A DNA stretch of 26,809 bases, taken from the NCBI GenBank assembly GCA_016795255.1, contig JAEUIB010000679.1, positions 1 to 26,809 of the forward strand, in the 5' to 3' direction. The notes under the pieces were generated by a model. That model saw only the letters and a program-made list of their open reading frames with translations, was not told where the DNA came from and made no database searches. The translations under genes and the position numbers were made by a program. Source of the DNA: Planctomycetota bacterium. GTDB lineage: Bacteria; Planctomycetota; B15-G4; JADJEK01. Below are positions 26,535 to 26,809 of this stretch, in pieces; within the stretch, counting starts at the first letter, position 1, and each line of letters begins with the position of its first letter.

Positions 26535-26579
26535 CTCATAACCCGGAGGTCGCAGGTTCGAATCCTGTCCCCGCTACCA
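26535..26579 (+). repeat. attR core: 45-bp duplicate of the tRNA-fMet 3' half
   Basis: Identical to 5033-5077; identity begins at the first base of the anticodon loop. Confidence 0.95.
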
Positions 26580-26588
26580 ACACAACCG

Positions 26589-26624
26589 AAAGCCCTGCGC
26601 CGCGAAGCGGCGTAGGGCTTTTTT
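26589..26624 (+). terminator. Rho-independent terminator, probably the displaced native tRNA terminator
   Basis: AAAGCCCTGCGCCGC-GAA-GCGGCGTAGGGCTTT followed by TTTGTTT, 9 nt after attR. Confidence 0.8.
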
Positions 26625-26809
26625 GTTTGGCAGGTTACGACCGGCCGGGGACGCCGCTCAAAGGCGTCGATCCGCGTTGTGGCGGTCCGACACGGTCAAA
26701 AAGGGGCTGTCGGGTCGCCGAGCGTTGCGTGCGCAAAGTTCCCGCCGTGACACTTGCGCACGGAGTGCGCGCGCGTAGCGTGCCGCCCGCCAGATCTGAC
26801 GAGACCGCG

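Larger units (their letters stand above)
5033..26579. mobile_element. Complete ~21.5 kb integrative element (satellite/IME-like genomic island) inserted in tRNA-fMet
   Basis: 45-bp terminal direct repeats, adjacent tyrosine integrase, Xis-like HTH, primase-helicase, metal-resistance and defence cargo. Confidence 0.93.

Noticed and set aside
26535-26579. Second tRNA-Met gene
   Set aside because: Only the 3' 45 nt are present (no 5' acceptor strand or D-arm); it is the attR duplication
26625-26809. Feature downstream of attR
   Set aside because: Too short and truncated by the window edge; no supportable ORF or RNA

Overview
High-GC bacterial DNA. A planctomycete-like host is inferred only from the membrane-anchored ECF sigma fusions and the WCxxH metal motif. 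Positions 1-5001 are host backbone: two paralogous ECF sigma factors, each fused to a transmembrane helix and an extracytoplasmic beta-sandwich region, flank a class D (OXA-like) serine beta-lactamase. An initiator tRNA-Met(CAT) lies at 5002-5077. Its 3' 45 bp recur exactly at 26535-26579, delimiting a complete ~21.5 kb integrative element. The element carries a tyrosine integrase, two unknown genes, an Xis/AlpA-like HTH, two Zn-ribbon proteins and a Toprim primase-helicase followed by a repeat/hairpin region (candidate origin). Its cargo is a heavy-metal cassette (CzcI/DUF2946-like ORF, czcCBA, Zn/Cd P1B-ATPase, Cys/His lipoprotein) and a convergent, more AT-rich defence cassette (OLD nuclease + UvrD helicase, i.e. 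Gabija-like) with an extra unknown upstream gene. No capsid, terminase, relaxase or conjugation genes are recognisable, so the element looks like a self-replicating, helper-dependent satellite/IME-like island. All calls come from reading motifs by eye; no searches were run.
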